Source: Octopus sinensis (Eukaryota). Taken from it: a stretch of 64,000 bases of DNA. The stretch lies in the NCBI RefSeq assembly GCF_006345805.1, contig NC_043004.1, positions 1,674,001 through 1,738,000 on the forward strand, read 5' to 3'. The position numbers were made by a program, and so were the translations under genes. Shown here piece after piece: positions 12,858 through 25,413 of the stretch. The notes beneath the pieces are model-generated. The model saw nothing but the letters and a program-made list of their open reading frames with translations. It did no database searches and was not told where the DNA came from. How positions within the stretch are numbered: position 1 is the stretch's first letter; each line of letters begins with the position of its first letter.

Positions 12858-13386
12858 TTCTTTTTTACTCTAGGCACAAGGCCCAAAATTTTGGAGGGAG
12901 CGGGCAAGTCGATTAGATCGACACCAATACGCAACTGGTGCTTAATTTATCGACACCGACAGTATCGGCTGAATTTAAACTCAGAATGTAAAGACAGACG
13001 AAATACCTATTTCTTTACTACCCACAAGGGGCTAAACACAGAGAGGACAAACAAGGACAGACAAACGGGTTAAATCGATTATATCGACCCCAGTGCGTAA
13101 CTGGTACTCAATTTATCGACCCCGAAAGGATGAAAGGCAAAGTCGACGTCGGCGGAATTTGAACTCAGAACGTAACGGCAGACGAAATACCGCTAAGCAT
13201 TTCACCTGGCATGCTAACGTTTCTGCCAGCTCGCCGCCTTTAAAATATTCTTTACTACTCTACGCACAAGGCTCAAAATTTTTGGGGAGGGGGCAAGTCA
13301 ATAAGATCGACCCCAGTACGCAACTGATACTTAATTTATCGATCTCGAAAATTATGAAAGGCAAAGTCGACCTCGGAGGAATTTGA
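12858..13386 (-). mobile_element. Tandem/composite S2 SINE copies
   Basis: Repeated cgaccccagt..actggtac..gaatttgaactcagaa units; head at about 13240. Confidence 0.85.
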
Positions 13387-14051
13387 TACATTGTACATAT
13401 ATAAAGATACGTGGCCTCGTGTTTAGGGTGTTGACACATGATCATAAGGTCCTGAACCCCACATAAATGAATGAACCCGTATTACGTGCAGGCTAAAGAA
13501 ACCCGCTCAATACGCACACCCTCGGATTGCATGTAGCTTATAGCTGTCCGAAAGAAAAGCATTTGCCTGGTGAAACGATAAAATAGGAAGGAGCGAATAC
13601 GAAGGATATTAGAACAAGGAGTATTTATAAAATCTAACAGCTTATATAGAGCAACCACTATATACACAGCAGAGTAGGTGGAAAACATCATGTCCCTACC
13701 AAATATTCTTATGTTAAGATTCAGGAAATTTTAATCATGAAATGTTAATCATACGCTTAACTCATTGTAAGCAATGCAATTTCTATAGCGTCCATCACCA
13801 ATCGCAATTCCAGAAACCTATCTATGCTGTATATGTATTCGGTTTTTTATAATCGTCCGTAGATCGACGACGAGGGACTATTAATTAAAAAAAAAAAAGT
13901 TATTTCAGCCTCTGAAATTGCATCACATAGCTTTCCGTAAAACTTACTTTATTTCCCTTCTGTTTATATGTGGGTGTATACATGTACACAACAAATGCAC
14001 ACAGAAAAAAATACACATACATAAATATACGTGTATGCGTATGTGTGTTGC

Positions 14052-14052
<1 letters not shown>

Positions 14053-14141
<89 letters not shown>

Positions 14142-14990
14142 ATATATATATATATATCTACTTCTCTATCTATACATGCATACACACACACATATATATA
14201 TATATAGATGTATGTATATATATGTATGCATGTATCTATATATATGCACATACTACATATGCGTGTGTATATATATATAAATACACACATATATATATAT
14301 ATGCAAACATGTATACGTGCATGTGCATATATACACACATATATATGTATATATATATACATACATATATATATATACACACATATGTATCTATATGTGT
14401 GTATAAGTATGTGTGTATACATGTATGTATATATATATATGTGTATATGTATATATATATGTACATATATATGTAGATGTATATGTGTGTATGTGTGTGT
14501 GTTTGTATACACGTGTACGCATGTGTATATGGGTGAGGGAGAGTTTACTGACATAAACACATATGTCTCAATACATAAAGGCATAAACACAGCCCGCTGA
14601 TACGTCCAGTATCCACACACACACACACACATGAGCTAGGACACGTGTCCCCAAAGGCCGAGATACGTTCCTTTCTATGTGGAGTGCGCTTGCGTTAAAA
14701 GTGCACGTGCGTACGCGTATCTGTTGGTGGGGGTATATGTATGTATGCATGTATGTTTTTATATATGTAGGTATGTATTATCTATCTATCTGAGTCTGTA
14801 TGTATGTGTGTGTGTGTGTGCATGTAATCACATATGTGTATGGGGGTACACATACATAGAAACATGCATACACATACATATAAATGAGTTTAAGTACATG
14901 CAAACTTATATACATACAAACATACATATATATATACACATATATACACACAGAAATATATATATATATATATATATATTTCTGTGTGTA

Positions 14991-15059
<69 letters not shown>

Positions 15060-15105
15060 TATATATATGTATGTATATACATATATATGTGTATATATAT
15101 AATAT

Positions 15106-15174
<69 letters not shown>

Positions 15175-15195
15175 TATATTCATACATATATACAC
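14053..15195. repeat. (TATC)n, (TA)n, (TG)n low-complexity block
   Basis: Direct reading; short unique island at about 14530-14730. Confidence 0.9.
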
Positions 15196-15351
15196 AGGAG
15201 TAGGTGCGTGGTAAAAAGTTCGGTTACCAGTCTCATGGGTCCGGTTTCAGGGCCACTGCGTGGCACCTTGGGCAAGTGTCGTCTACTACAGCCTCGGGCT
15301 GACCAGTCTTATGAGAGGATTTGGTAGACGGAAACGGAAAGAAACCCGTCG

Positions 15352-15386
<35 letters not shown>

Positions 15387-15610
15387 TATATATGTATGTG
15401 TGTGTGTGTGTGTGTCTGTGTTTCTACCATAGCTTGACAACCGATGTGAGTAGGTTGATGTCCCCGTAACCTAGTGGTTCGGCAAAAATGACCGATAAAA
15501 TAAGTACTAGGCTCACAAAGCATAAGTCCCGGTGTCGATTTGTTCGACTAAAGGTGGTGCTCCAGCATGGCTGCAATCGAATGACTGAAACATGTACAAG
15601 AAAATAAGTA
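15196..15610 (+). mobile_element. SINE family S1, full length
   Basis: Head, ggcaccttgggcaag, internal (TA)n(TG)n, tail ggtggtgctccagcatggctgca. Confidence 0.88.
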
Positions 15611-15681
15611 AATACACTCATATATATAAGTAGCCTGATGAATAAGAGTGAATCCGTTTGGCACAATATTGACCTTGGACT

Positions 15682-16484
15682 CTACTGTGCATGCGCACTA
15701 AGTCTTAACGTTCTAGCTCATTTCTGCTGTTTAAATCAGTGCTTGGAAGGAAGGTGTGTAGCGTGTGATCGTCGCATTGACAATGACAGAGAAAATTGTC
15801 ATGGCCATACCTGCTCATAGGCTTATGCGAAGTTGCAGTAAGTGTATGGAGAGGAGTGTATGAGCAGCATACCTCTGAGCAGGTATGGCCATGACAATTT
15901 TCTCTGTCATTGTCAATGCGACGATCACACGCTACACACCTTCCTTCCAAGCACTGCTTTAAACAGCAGAAATTAGTGATTCAGACGATTCCAAGGTAGC
16001 CGAAAAAATGTCGATATTGACGAACCTTTTGGGAGACCCGCAACCAGCAAAATTTGGAAAGACATCGCAGATGTACATGCAACTGTGAGGAGAAATCGCT
16101 GAATCACCATTCGTGAGTTATCAGAGGATGTGCAGATTAGTTACGGTTCAGTTCAGTCCATTATCACTAAAGATTTGTGTATGAGATGCGTATCTGCTAA
16201 GCTTGTGCCATAACTGATTTCAGCTGGCCAAGAAGTGACTAGGGTTTCAGTTGCACAAAATCTCCTTGATTGTGTTGAGAACGGTGAAAGCTTTTTGAAA
16301 ACTTTGCGTAGGCCTCTGAACATGTATCTCCAAGCTTTTGACAAAATTTGATGCAGATTCTCTACTCAACTTTCTCTGTCACGCTCAATGCGACGATCAC
16401 ACACTTCACATCGTTTTTTTCCAAACACTGCTGTAAACAGCAGAAGTGAGCTAGGACGTTAATACTTAGAGCACATGCACAGCA
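15682..16484 (+). mobile_element. Non-autonomous mariner-derived element with long inverted repeats and an internal foldback
   Basis: 15682-15800 is inverted at 16365-16484. The interior encodes decayed transposase N-terminal sequence (RRFQGSRKNVD..GRPATS..ITIRELSEDVQISYGSVQSII..VSAKLVP). Confidence 0.8.
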
Positions 16485-17451
16485 TCGTTCAAGGGCAATA
16501 TGTGCGAAGCGGCATCACTTTGCGCGCTTTAGCTTCGTTACTATGGCAACAATTCAGTTTCTTATTGACCAGACCACGTATGTATACCCACATAAATTTA
16601 TATTCATATGCAGACATACATACACACATACATTCATACATACGTACGTACGTTAATAAGTACGTACATACATACATACATACATACATACATACATACA
16701 CAAATACTTGTATACAATAATATATTTCGTGGCGGCGCGTGTTTGTCGGCGTATGTGCCCCTGTGTGGAAACAAGCGTCAGTGGTATACGTCTGCACGTG
16801 CTCGCGTTTGTGTGTGGCGTTTATATGGATATGTGATGCGTTTATTGTCCTTTTAATACCCCCCCATTGCCTTTCTCAAAGTCACGTGACCATCCTAACT
16901 GTCAAATGTCGCGCGAATGGTTTCACTTGCTGCTCTCTCCTACCACGCACCGATTCCTCGCAACATTTAGTCATTCTTGTGAAAGATTTCTTCAAGATAC
17001 TCGGAAATATATGAAATGGCAGCTATATTACTCTCAAATCGCGTCGGGAATCCACATTCGATAACATTTGGTCGAATGTATGGGAACAAAATAGGAAAAT
17101 TGATTGGAGGAATGGCAACGCTCACAACTGGAATGTTTTATAGAATAATAAGTCTTCTTAATTAGGAGAGTTACACGAAGATGACTTCTACAAATAATTG
17201 CTTTTGTACACCTTCTTACGCGCATCTTTTGTCTTTTTTCCGTTTTGTCAAGTTTTCTACACTCTCAGTTGAAAGGTCTCTCCCTTCCTCTCTGTCTCTC
17301 TCTCTCGCTCCCTCTCTTACTCTCTCTCTCTCTCTCACACACACAGACACATGCAAATGAGAGTATATGTGTGAGCGTGTAGGCAAATATATACATATAC
17401 ATACACATATATATAATATATATACATATATATGCAAATATGTATATATAT

Positions 17452-17527
<76 letters not shown>

Positions 17528-17553
17528 CAATATGTTACATTACTCGGTAGTCA

Positions 17554-17615
17554 AGATAAAACTCTGAGTTTCAGATGCCGAAGTGGAAATCACAACACCA
17601 TCTCTTCGGTTATCT
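17554..17615 (-). ncRNA. Hammerhead ribozyme motif (mirror copy)
   Basis: Reverse complement of 17705-17767. Confidence 0.7.
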
Positions 17616-17704
17616 GGCTATTTGAAAACGTTATGAAAAAATACCGTTAAAAAAATTTTTTTTTTTTTTTTAACGGTATTTTTTCATAACGTTTTCAAAT
17701 AGCC

Positions 17705-17767
17705 AGATAACCGAAGAGATGGTGTTGTGGATTTCCACTTCGGCATCTGAAACTCAGAGTTTTATCT
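17705..17767 (+). ncRNA. Type I hammerhead ribozyme motif (U4C core)
   Basis: agataa-CcGAAGA-gatg..catc-t-GAAA-ctc-a-gag-TT-ttatct: 6-bp stem I, stem II, near-palindromic stem III, GUU triplet. Confidence 0.75.
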
Positions 17768-17885
17768 TGACTACCGAGTAATGTAACATATTGTATAGAT
17801 AAATTTCCTCTATTTACATAATATTGAGGTCTCTTTCTTTCTTTTGTTATCTTACCGTTTTATCAATATATATATATATATATAT

Positions 17886-17945
<60 letters not shown>

Positions 17946-18137
17946 ATGCATACATACGCACAGACAGACATACATACATTCATGTACATTTGTATACATG
18001 TTTATATACGTATATATATAATAAATTATTAAAATGTATAATAAATGCACAGAACGGAAAAAAAGACTATGTCACCAATCCCTTATCAGTTATCGGCCAA
18101 TAGGTGTGTGTATGTATATATATATATATATATATAT

Positions 18138-18187
<50 letters not shown>

Positions 18188-18390
18188 GAACCATGGTGGT
18201 ATTAGAGGTGAATATATTTCATGGCAAATATACTCCTCATGAATTAGTTTCATTGACTGGATCTTCTGAATTTTAGCTGCCTGTGCACTATGCCAAATTT
18301 TAATGTCGTCTGATAGCCGAATCTGTTTAAAGCAGCTTTCTGTGATAGCCGCACGATTCTCCGAATCCATATATTGTACTACAAACCGTC

Positions 18391-18439
<49 letters not shown>

Positions 18440-18480
18440 ACTACAAACCGTCATATGTATATATATATATATATATATAT

Positions 18481-18900
18481 CATACAAAATAAGACAAGAA
18501 CGCAAAACATCCAGACATTTAAGTGATACAAAAAAGGGGCAACAAAACATCCAGATAGAAGATACAAAGAAAATAAGGACGAGTCATTCGGAGCTTTCTC
18601 TTCTCGGTCGAGTTCCAGATTATCTTTGTAATACCGGTTTGTTAAACACGAGATTGCTCCAATCTGTCCAGTCTCAAGGAAAAACTAAGCTCAGAGCATT
18701 TAACCCCTTGGAAAAAAGCAGCGAATGAATACAAAAACAAGGACGGACAAAAAACGGAGAATGTTACACAAATACAAATAACAGAACATAACAACAAGTG
18801 TCTTTCGACTAAGGACGAATTAAATTCAGCTGGCATGTGTGGAAATACAGCCTTACGGCAGAGATTTATACAGTAGCAGCACAAGAAAGTGATGGTATGT
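18481..18900 (-). mobile_element. Probable Penelope-type terminal-repeat relic
   Basis: Abuts (TA)n; shares layout with 57383-57509 (ggac..cattcg..tcgag/tcaag..ccagat/ccggat). Confidence 0.5.
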
Positions 18901-19194
18901 TGTGAACTTAATGTAACAGTCCCGTGAAAAGGAAGAACGCAACTGCTATTTAGCCCTAGGAAACACCGTATCCTGTTAGTGTTTCCTGTGTCCTTATGTT
19001 TACAAAGGGGAGATAAGCACCTCCACCCAGCAAAGTCAGCAACCAGAGACTAGTTTCAGAGTCATTCATCATCCCTATATATATATATATTTACAGAAAT
19101 AAACGTGTACACTTACACACACATATGAATATACATATATGCATACAAATTACATACATATATACATGTATATGTACATATAAATATGTGTGTG

Positions 19195-19405
19195 TATATT
19201 TGTGTGTGTGTGCCTGTGTTTGTATCCCCATCATTGCTTGAAACAGATGTTGGTGTGTTTACGTTCCCATAACTTAGCAGTTCAGCAAAAGGGCGTGATA
19301 GAATAAGTACTAGGCTTACAAAGAATATATCTTGTGGTTGATTTGTACGACCAACGGCGGTACTCCAGCATGGTCACACACGTGACTGAAACAAGTAAAG
19401 CAATA
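19195..19405 (+). mobile_element. SINE S1, 3' half
   Basis: tgttggtgtgtttacg..taacttagc..ggcggtactccagcatgg..gactgaaacaagtaaa. Confidence 0.8.
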
Positions 19406-19456
19406 AAAAAAACTATGACATTTCAATTTAGAGCAAGGTCGGGTATATCTGCTAGT

Positions 19457-19515
<59 letters not shown>

Positions 19516-19652
19516 ATATATATAGTTCAGCAAAAAATTAGATTCGAATGAATATGGTACTTAATTTAGATGCACCAGAATTTTGTATGGTGTTATCCAT
19601 AAAAATTTGCGGGGTGATTATAACCAAAATAAGCAACAAGAATCACTCCGGT

Positions 19653-19743
19653 AATTTGGTACAATTGTTTCGCACTACATCATTTTATTAAAAGCTGTAA
19701 GTATTACAACAGATTTAAGATGCTGAGTGCTCATCAGCCAATT
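19653..19743 (-). ncRNA. Type I hammerhead ribozyme, intact core (mirror copy)
   Basis: Reverse complement of 19968-20058. Confidence 0.82.
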
Positions 19744-19967
19744 AAATAGGTTTTCCATTAATATAAAAGCTTTCAAATCAAGTAGCAACATTATAGAGAA
19801 GGTAGATATACAGACAAAGATGTAGATTTAAATTTTAAGAACATATGAGGTAGTGAAGTTCAGCCACTGACTGACCAAGCTATGGTTGTATTTAACTGAT
19901 ATATATACCTTCTCTATAATGTTGCTACTTTGATTTGAAAGCTTTTATATTAATAGAAAACCTATTT

Positions 19968-20058
19968 AATTGGCTGATGAGCACTCAGCATCTTAAATCT
20001 GTTGTAATACTTACAACTTTTAATAAAATGATGTAGTGCGAAACAATTGTACCAAATT
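19968..20058 (+). ncRNA. Type I hammerhead ribozyme, intact core, extended stem II
   Basis: aattgg-CTGATGA-gcact..agtgc-GAAA-caattg-TA-ccaaatt; GUA triplet with predicted cleavage after 20051; palindromic stem III ACAATTGT. Confidence 0.87.
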
Positions 20059-20090
20059 ACCGGAGTCATTCTTGTTGCTTATTTTGATTT

Positions 20091-20139
<49 letters not shown>

Positions 20140-20386
20140 TTATAATATATTATATATATATATATATAATATATATATTATATATATATATATATAAATA
20201 TATATATATATATTCTGTTGTGTCTGGGGAGAGTGGTTTTCTTTTCGTGCCTTATAATTTAACATTCACCGGTAAAATTTCCACTTATTTCTTATTTTTA
20301 TTTTCCTAAAATTTAGGAATGGCATTATTAAAATACCATCACGAGTGGTTAGCGAATTATCTGCCGTGCAGGCAAATTAATAAAAT

Positions 20387-20723
20387 ATATACATACAATA
20401 TTAGATATGTACATATATACATATGGGTACTACATGAATACCTATATCGCTAATGATAGAAGTAAAAAAATACTTCTGTACCACCGAAAAGTCACAAATC
20501 TATTACAGACAAGATAGGGAAAAATATCAGTGAACAATAATAATGTCTTACCTCGAATGGTAAGACATTATTATTGTTCACTGATATTTTTTCCTATCAT
20601 GTCTGTAACAGATTTGTGACTATTTGGTGTACAGAAGTATTTTTGACTTCTATTTTTTAGCAATGTAGGTACTTATGTAGTACCCTTGTGTATATATGTA
20701 CATATCTAATATTGTATGTATAT
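20387..20723. repeat. Imperfect palindrome, about 165 bp arms, 6-nt spacer
   Basis: Centre ..aataataatgtcttacc-tcgaat-ggtaagacattattatt..; the arms pair out to the (TA)n flank. Confidence 0.9.
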
Positions 20724-20755
20724 TTTATATATATATATATATATATGCTACATAT

Positions 20756-20872
20756 ATTCCTGTAGCAGAGGATAGGCTCGAAACGTGAATGACTTGCTCA
20801 ATTTTTTCCTGAGCGTCACGTTATTACGTCCTGATTTTTGTCTGTCTTTTGTTTTTTGTATCGTTTTGAAAC
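20756..20872 (+). mobile_element. Decayed HHR-type terminal-repeat relic
   Basis: ctgtagcagaggataggctcGAAACGT resembles 23741-23767; lies between (TA)n runs. Confidence 0.55.
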
Positions 20873-20984
<112 letters not shown>

Positions 20985-21232
20985 CATACGTACATGCATA
21001 TGAGGTTATTGATGTTAGAAAGCGCGCATGCAATCGCATTTTCGCTGTTTCTGCTGGTATCCGTCCTAATAGTGTGGCTACATTGCGGCTAATACGTCAT
21101 TCACATACAATAACCAACACGCGTGCAAGTGATCGCTTCTGCCCTTCGGACATTATCACTCAAAAGTACACTTATCATTATATAAACATATTTATACAAA
21201 CATTTATATTAGAAGATATAAATATAAACGCC

Positions 21233-21263
<31 letters not shown>

Positions 21264-21281
21264 TATATATACACATACCAC

Positions 21282-21362
<81 letters not shown>

Positions 21363-23004
21363 ATATATATATATATACGTATCATCGTTGTATACACATA
21401 TATACGTACACGTATACGTAAACATACATACATACATACATTTATCTACGGTGTTTATGCATAAAATTAATCACACACTATCAGAACAAAAAGTAAATCT
21501 ATCAAGTTCTTACTATCTCTACCCCCACCACACACACACACACACACACACACACGAACTCTCATACTCTAACCGCGATTGATGAACAGCTAAAAAAAAT
21601 AATATCAAATAAAAACAAAACAATCCATTAATAACTGGAGCAAAATGGAGCTTAATGAAAACTCTCCAGCAAAACCATACAATAGAGACAAAAAAATAAG
21701 TCCACCAAAACGAGATGTACAAATAAATACACAGTGAAAAAATGTAATAGAAATAAGCGAAAATTCGTTTGGTTATGAACTCTTTCTGTCTCTAATCCTC
21801 TCCACCTTGCCTTTAACGTTCTTATATTATTAACACTCTTGGTTTTACTATGAATCTGCCCCCAATATTTTGCGAAGAGTGTGGCTGCATAATATTAAGC
21901 AGACGACAACTGTCGATTCGGTCACGGTGATTTCAAGCCATGATATCACTGATTATTTCTTATGATTTCATAAGCACGAATCTAGCGATGGAGTAGTGAG
22001 GTAAGAGAGTGAGGGATAGCGAATTAGAAAGAGAACGAGTGAGAGAGAGAGAGAGAATAAGAAAGAGAACGAGTGAGAAGGAGAGACTGAAAGTGTGTAT
22101 TTGTGTTAGAGAGAGAGAGAGAGAAAGAGAGGGAGAGAGAATGTAAGAAGGAAAGTGAATACGTGTGAGAGAGAAATAAAGTTTATTATAGAAGTAGTTC
22201 TTACAACCAAGATGTCTTTTTCTTTTCGTTTTTCTTCCGGCGAGGGTCCCAAAGAGGCGAGAGGAAAATGAAGAAAGTGTGAACTCACTTAGACCTCGCT
22301 TACATTCTGGAAAAATGACAATTTTTCTTTGCTTTTTTTTTCTCTATTTGTTCTAGCTTTGCAGTCAACATGGCGGCTACATCTTAGTGATAAGATGGTG
22401 GCGAAGGCGGCAGCGGTGGTGGTGGTGGTGGTGGTGGTAGTTGCTATGGCGGTGGTGGCGATAGTGACTGTAATAGTGTCGGTAGTAAATGTGGTGGGAT
22501 GGTGGAATGGTGGGAAGGAGGAGGGTGAAAGCAGAAGAAAAAAAGATAAAAGACCCAGAAGAGATGCGGCTTCATCGTAAACTCTCTTGACATCATCATC
22601 GTCACCATCACCGTCACCTACACCACCACCACCACCACTGCCACCACCAACACCACCAACACCACCATCATCATCGGGGTCATCCGCACCATCATTATCA
22701 ACTACAATAACATCAAGCAACGAAATTGACATGAGCATCGTCAGCGGTTATTATCATCAATATCACCATTCTTCCTCTTCTCTCTCCATATCCTCCTCCT
22801 CCTCCTCCTCATCATCATCATCATCGTCATCATACACTCATGTGATTTAATTCAACGGTCCTTTCTTTCCATTTACCGAATGTGGTACCAGTTATTACCA
22901 TAGGTATATCTGCACGAGTGCTGTTTGTTTGCGTTGTGATTGTTCTATTGACATTTGCATCTGCGTTAAACATTTTCAGCATACCAATGCATAGATAGAA
23001 ACAT

Positions 23005-23358
23005 GGAAAGTAAAGACCCCACCACCTAAAAGCGTTGATGACCATCGGATTGCACCTAGAAAGTTCCCCTCCGAGGCACAAGTCCGGGCAAGGCTGTTCT
23101 AAGGATGACCAGCAGTCACCCATGCATACCAGCCTTCCTTCTCCACGCCGCTGATGTTATCCAAGAGAATGGCAAAGGCTGATACAGCTTGGCACAAGTG
23201 ACAACGTCGCAACTCATTCCTGCAGCTGAGTGAACTTGAACTGCCTGAAATAAAGTACCTTGCTCAAGAACACAACACACAACCCTGTCCGGGAATCGAA
23301 ATGATTACCTCATGATTTGTGAGCCAGCCACTCTAACACTGAGCCATGCGCCATCACA
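23005..23358 (-). mobile_element. tRNA-derived SINE (family S3)
   Basis: Minus-strand head ggcgcatggctcagtgttagag..tttcgattcccggac; body ttcttgagcaagg..cactcagctg. Confidence 0.78.
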
Positions 23359-23625
23359 GATAGAAATATATAGAAACACATCAAACACCTAGATGCAGGT
23401 ATATGTCTATTTATCTATTTATCTATAACTTTATAGCGTGCTCATATTTCACAAAGCTCTTCTTCGGTCAGCGACTACCAGATGCTATCATGCGGTAGGG
23501 CTGCTCCTTCTACTGGATATACATGGGGAAATCTGAGAATGTCTGTAGTCTTTGCAAAAGAACTTTGATACGAGAAAAGGGAATGAATAGGCATTTTGTA
23601 TTAAAGCCGTTCCCTCTCATATTAA

Positions 23626-23665
<40 letters not shown>

Positions 23666-23666
<1 letters not shown>

Positions 23667-23872
23667 CAAAGTATAACCGCGTGTGTATCGTTGGCGATTT
23701 TTGTCCTCTGTCTTCGCTTCCTTTGGTGTTTCTCCTATTTCTGAAGAAGAGCAAGGCTCGAAACGTTAAATCCTATTTCCTTCCTTTCTCCAGAACGTCC
23801 GATAATGCAATAATTGTACCACGTCTTCACGTTATTGTTTTTTCTTGTTTCTACTTTGTTTGGATTCACTAT
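23666..23872 (+). mobile_element. Solo Penelope-type terminal repeat between (TA)n runs
   Basis: About 200 bp, with an HHR and a T-rich tail; (TA)n on both sides. Confidence 0.75.
23737..23771 (+). ncRNA. Minimal type I hammerhead ribozyme, intact
   Basis: attt-CTGAAGA-a-gagc-aag-gctc-GAAAC-GTT-aaat; palindromic AACGTT stem III, typical of dimer-dependent Penelope HHRs. Confidence 0.82.
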
Positions 23873-23898
23873 TATATAATATATATATATATACTATA

Positions 23899-23931
<33 letters not shown>

Positions 23932-25305
23932 GCATATATGTATGAATGAATGTATGTATGTATGTATGCGCGTGAGTGAGTGTGTATATACATACATATC
24001 TTATACCATAGGCATATACAAACATGCATATATACACATGCATATACATGTAATGTATATGATATATATGTGCATATATGTATATATGTGTGTGTGTGTC
24101 TGAGTATGTGTGTATATATATGTATGTACATTTGTGAGTTTGTGCGTTTGTGTGTGCATGTGTGTGTTTCCAAGAATAAGTAAATTTTTAGCTCCTTTAT
24201 TTTGTTCTATCGGTTATCCCCCCTCTTCCAAAACCTGTTTCTATTCTATATATATCTCTTTGAAAAAGGGATATTATTAGAAACGTCGTAAACGACTTCT
24301 TTTTCATTTTCTGTTTTACTCTGCATTAAACTAATTAGGTTGGTCGTGAATTCATATTGCTGTTGTCCGTATTTTTTTCTTCTTTGGCCATCCCCACTCT
24401 CTCTCCATCTCCCTTTCTCTTCTGTTTTCTTCCACTCTCTGTCTCTCCCCCTCTCTCTTCTCCTCTCTTCCCCTCTCCTCTAATATATATGTGTGTGAGT
24501 ATTTTATGTGAATGCACACACACATTGAACTATATATGTATATGTGTTTGCGTGTGTATGTGAAAGACAGGGGAGAAAGAGAGAGAGAAAGGAATAGCGA
24601 AAGGAAAGAAAAGAAGGAGAGTTAATTGCAAACGCTTAAATAATTTTTTATCCTCTCACGTCTAATTCTACTTCATCTTGTCCAAATTCACGGACTGTTT
24701 TAGAATAACTGTTTGCTTTAAGAATGAGAAGATAGAAACAAGTCCTTAAAAAAATCTTGGTATGTTTCCCTCATCTCAAGGAAAATACCAATAATAGGAA
24801 CTGCATTCAGAGATGTGTAACAAGTGAAGTAGAGCTGATAAATTAATAAGTATCGAAGCTACGTAAAGACTGCATCTACCCAAGGTTATATTGCAAAATT
24901 ACGCAATATATGGAATATTCAAATAATTCTGATGAAATATTTAGCAGTGAAAAAATCAATCTAACTCATTAAAATAGTAACTTCAGAATTTTTTTCTTTC
25001 TCCATTCTCTATTTTCCAAATATGTATTAAACTGATTTTTTACGGGTTTTCATAATTGCTTATTGCTGTTGCTGCTGTTGTTGTTGTTGGGATTTTTGTT
25101 TGCTAATTTTCCCTTTTAACTCCAAACCGACCCTGATCAAGAAAACTTGAGGTCAGTTTTATTATTTAAAAGAACAGAAAGCGGTTTAAGAGAGAATTGT
25201 CTGCGGTCGAACGACCACGTAGAGACGACTGTGCGGGCTTGCATCATTTCTAGACGTGACTATTTGTTGCTGTTGTTGCTGTGGCTCAATGTGGTTCATA
25301 CACAA

Positions 25306-25339
<34 letters not shown>

Positions 25340-25413
25340 GTACTAGAAGTAGTTGTAGAGGTAGTAGTAGCAGTAGCAGCAGCAGCAGCAGCAGCAATGA
25401 TAATGATTTTAAG

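Larger units (their letters stand above)
17524..17865. mobile_element. Penelope-type terminal repeat with inverted duplication (about 130 bp arms)
   Basis: 17524-17655 is the reverse complement of about 17665-17797 with one indel; contains HHR motifs; flanked by (TA)n. Confidence 0.85.
19625..20086. mobile_element. Inverted repeat (about 190 bp arms, about 80 bp spacer) of Penelope-type terminal repeat
   Basis: 19625-19813 versus 19896-20086, with few mismatches; one HHR in each arm; (TA)n nearby on both sides. Confidence 0.88.

Noticed and set aside
13918-15214. Long YI/HT/CV-rich ORFs here and throughout the window
   Set aside because: Dinucleotide and tetranucleotide repeats lack stops in several frames; no protein signal.
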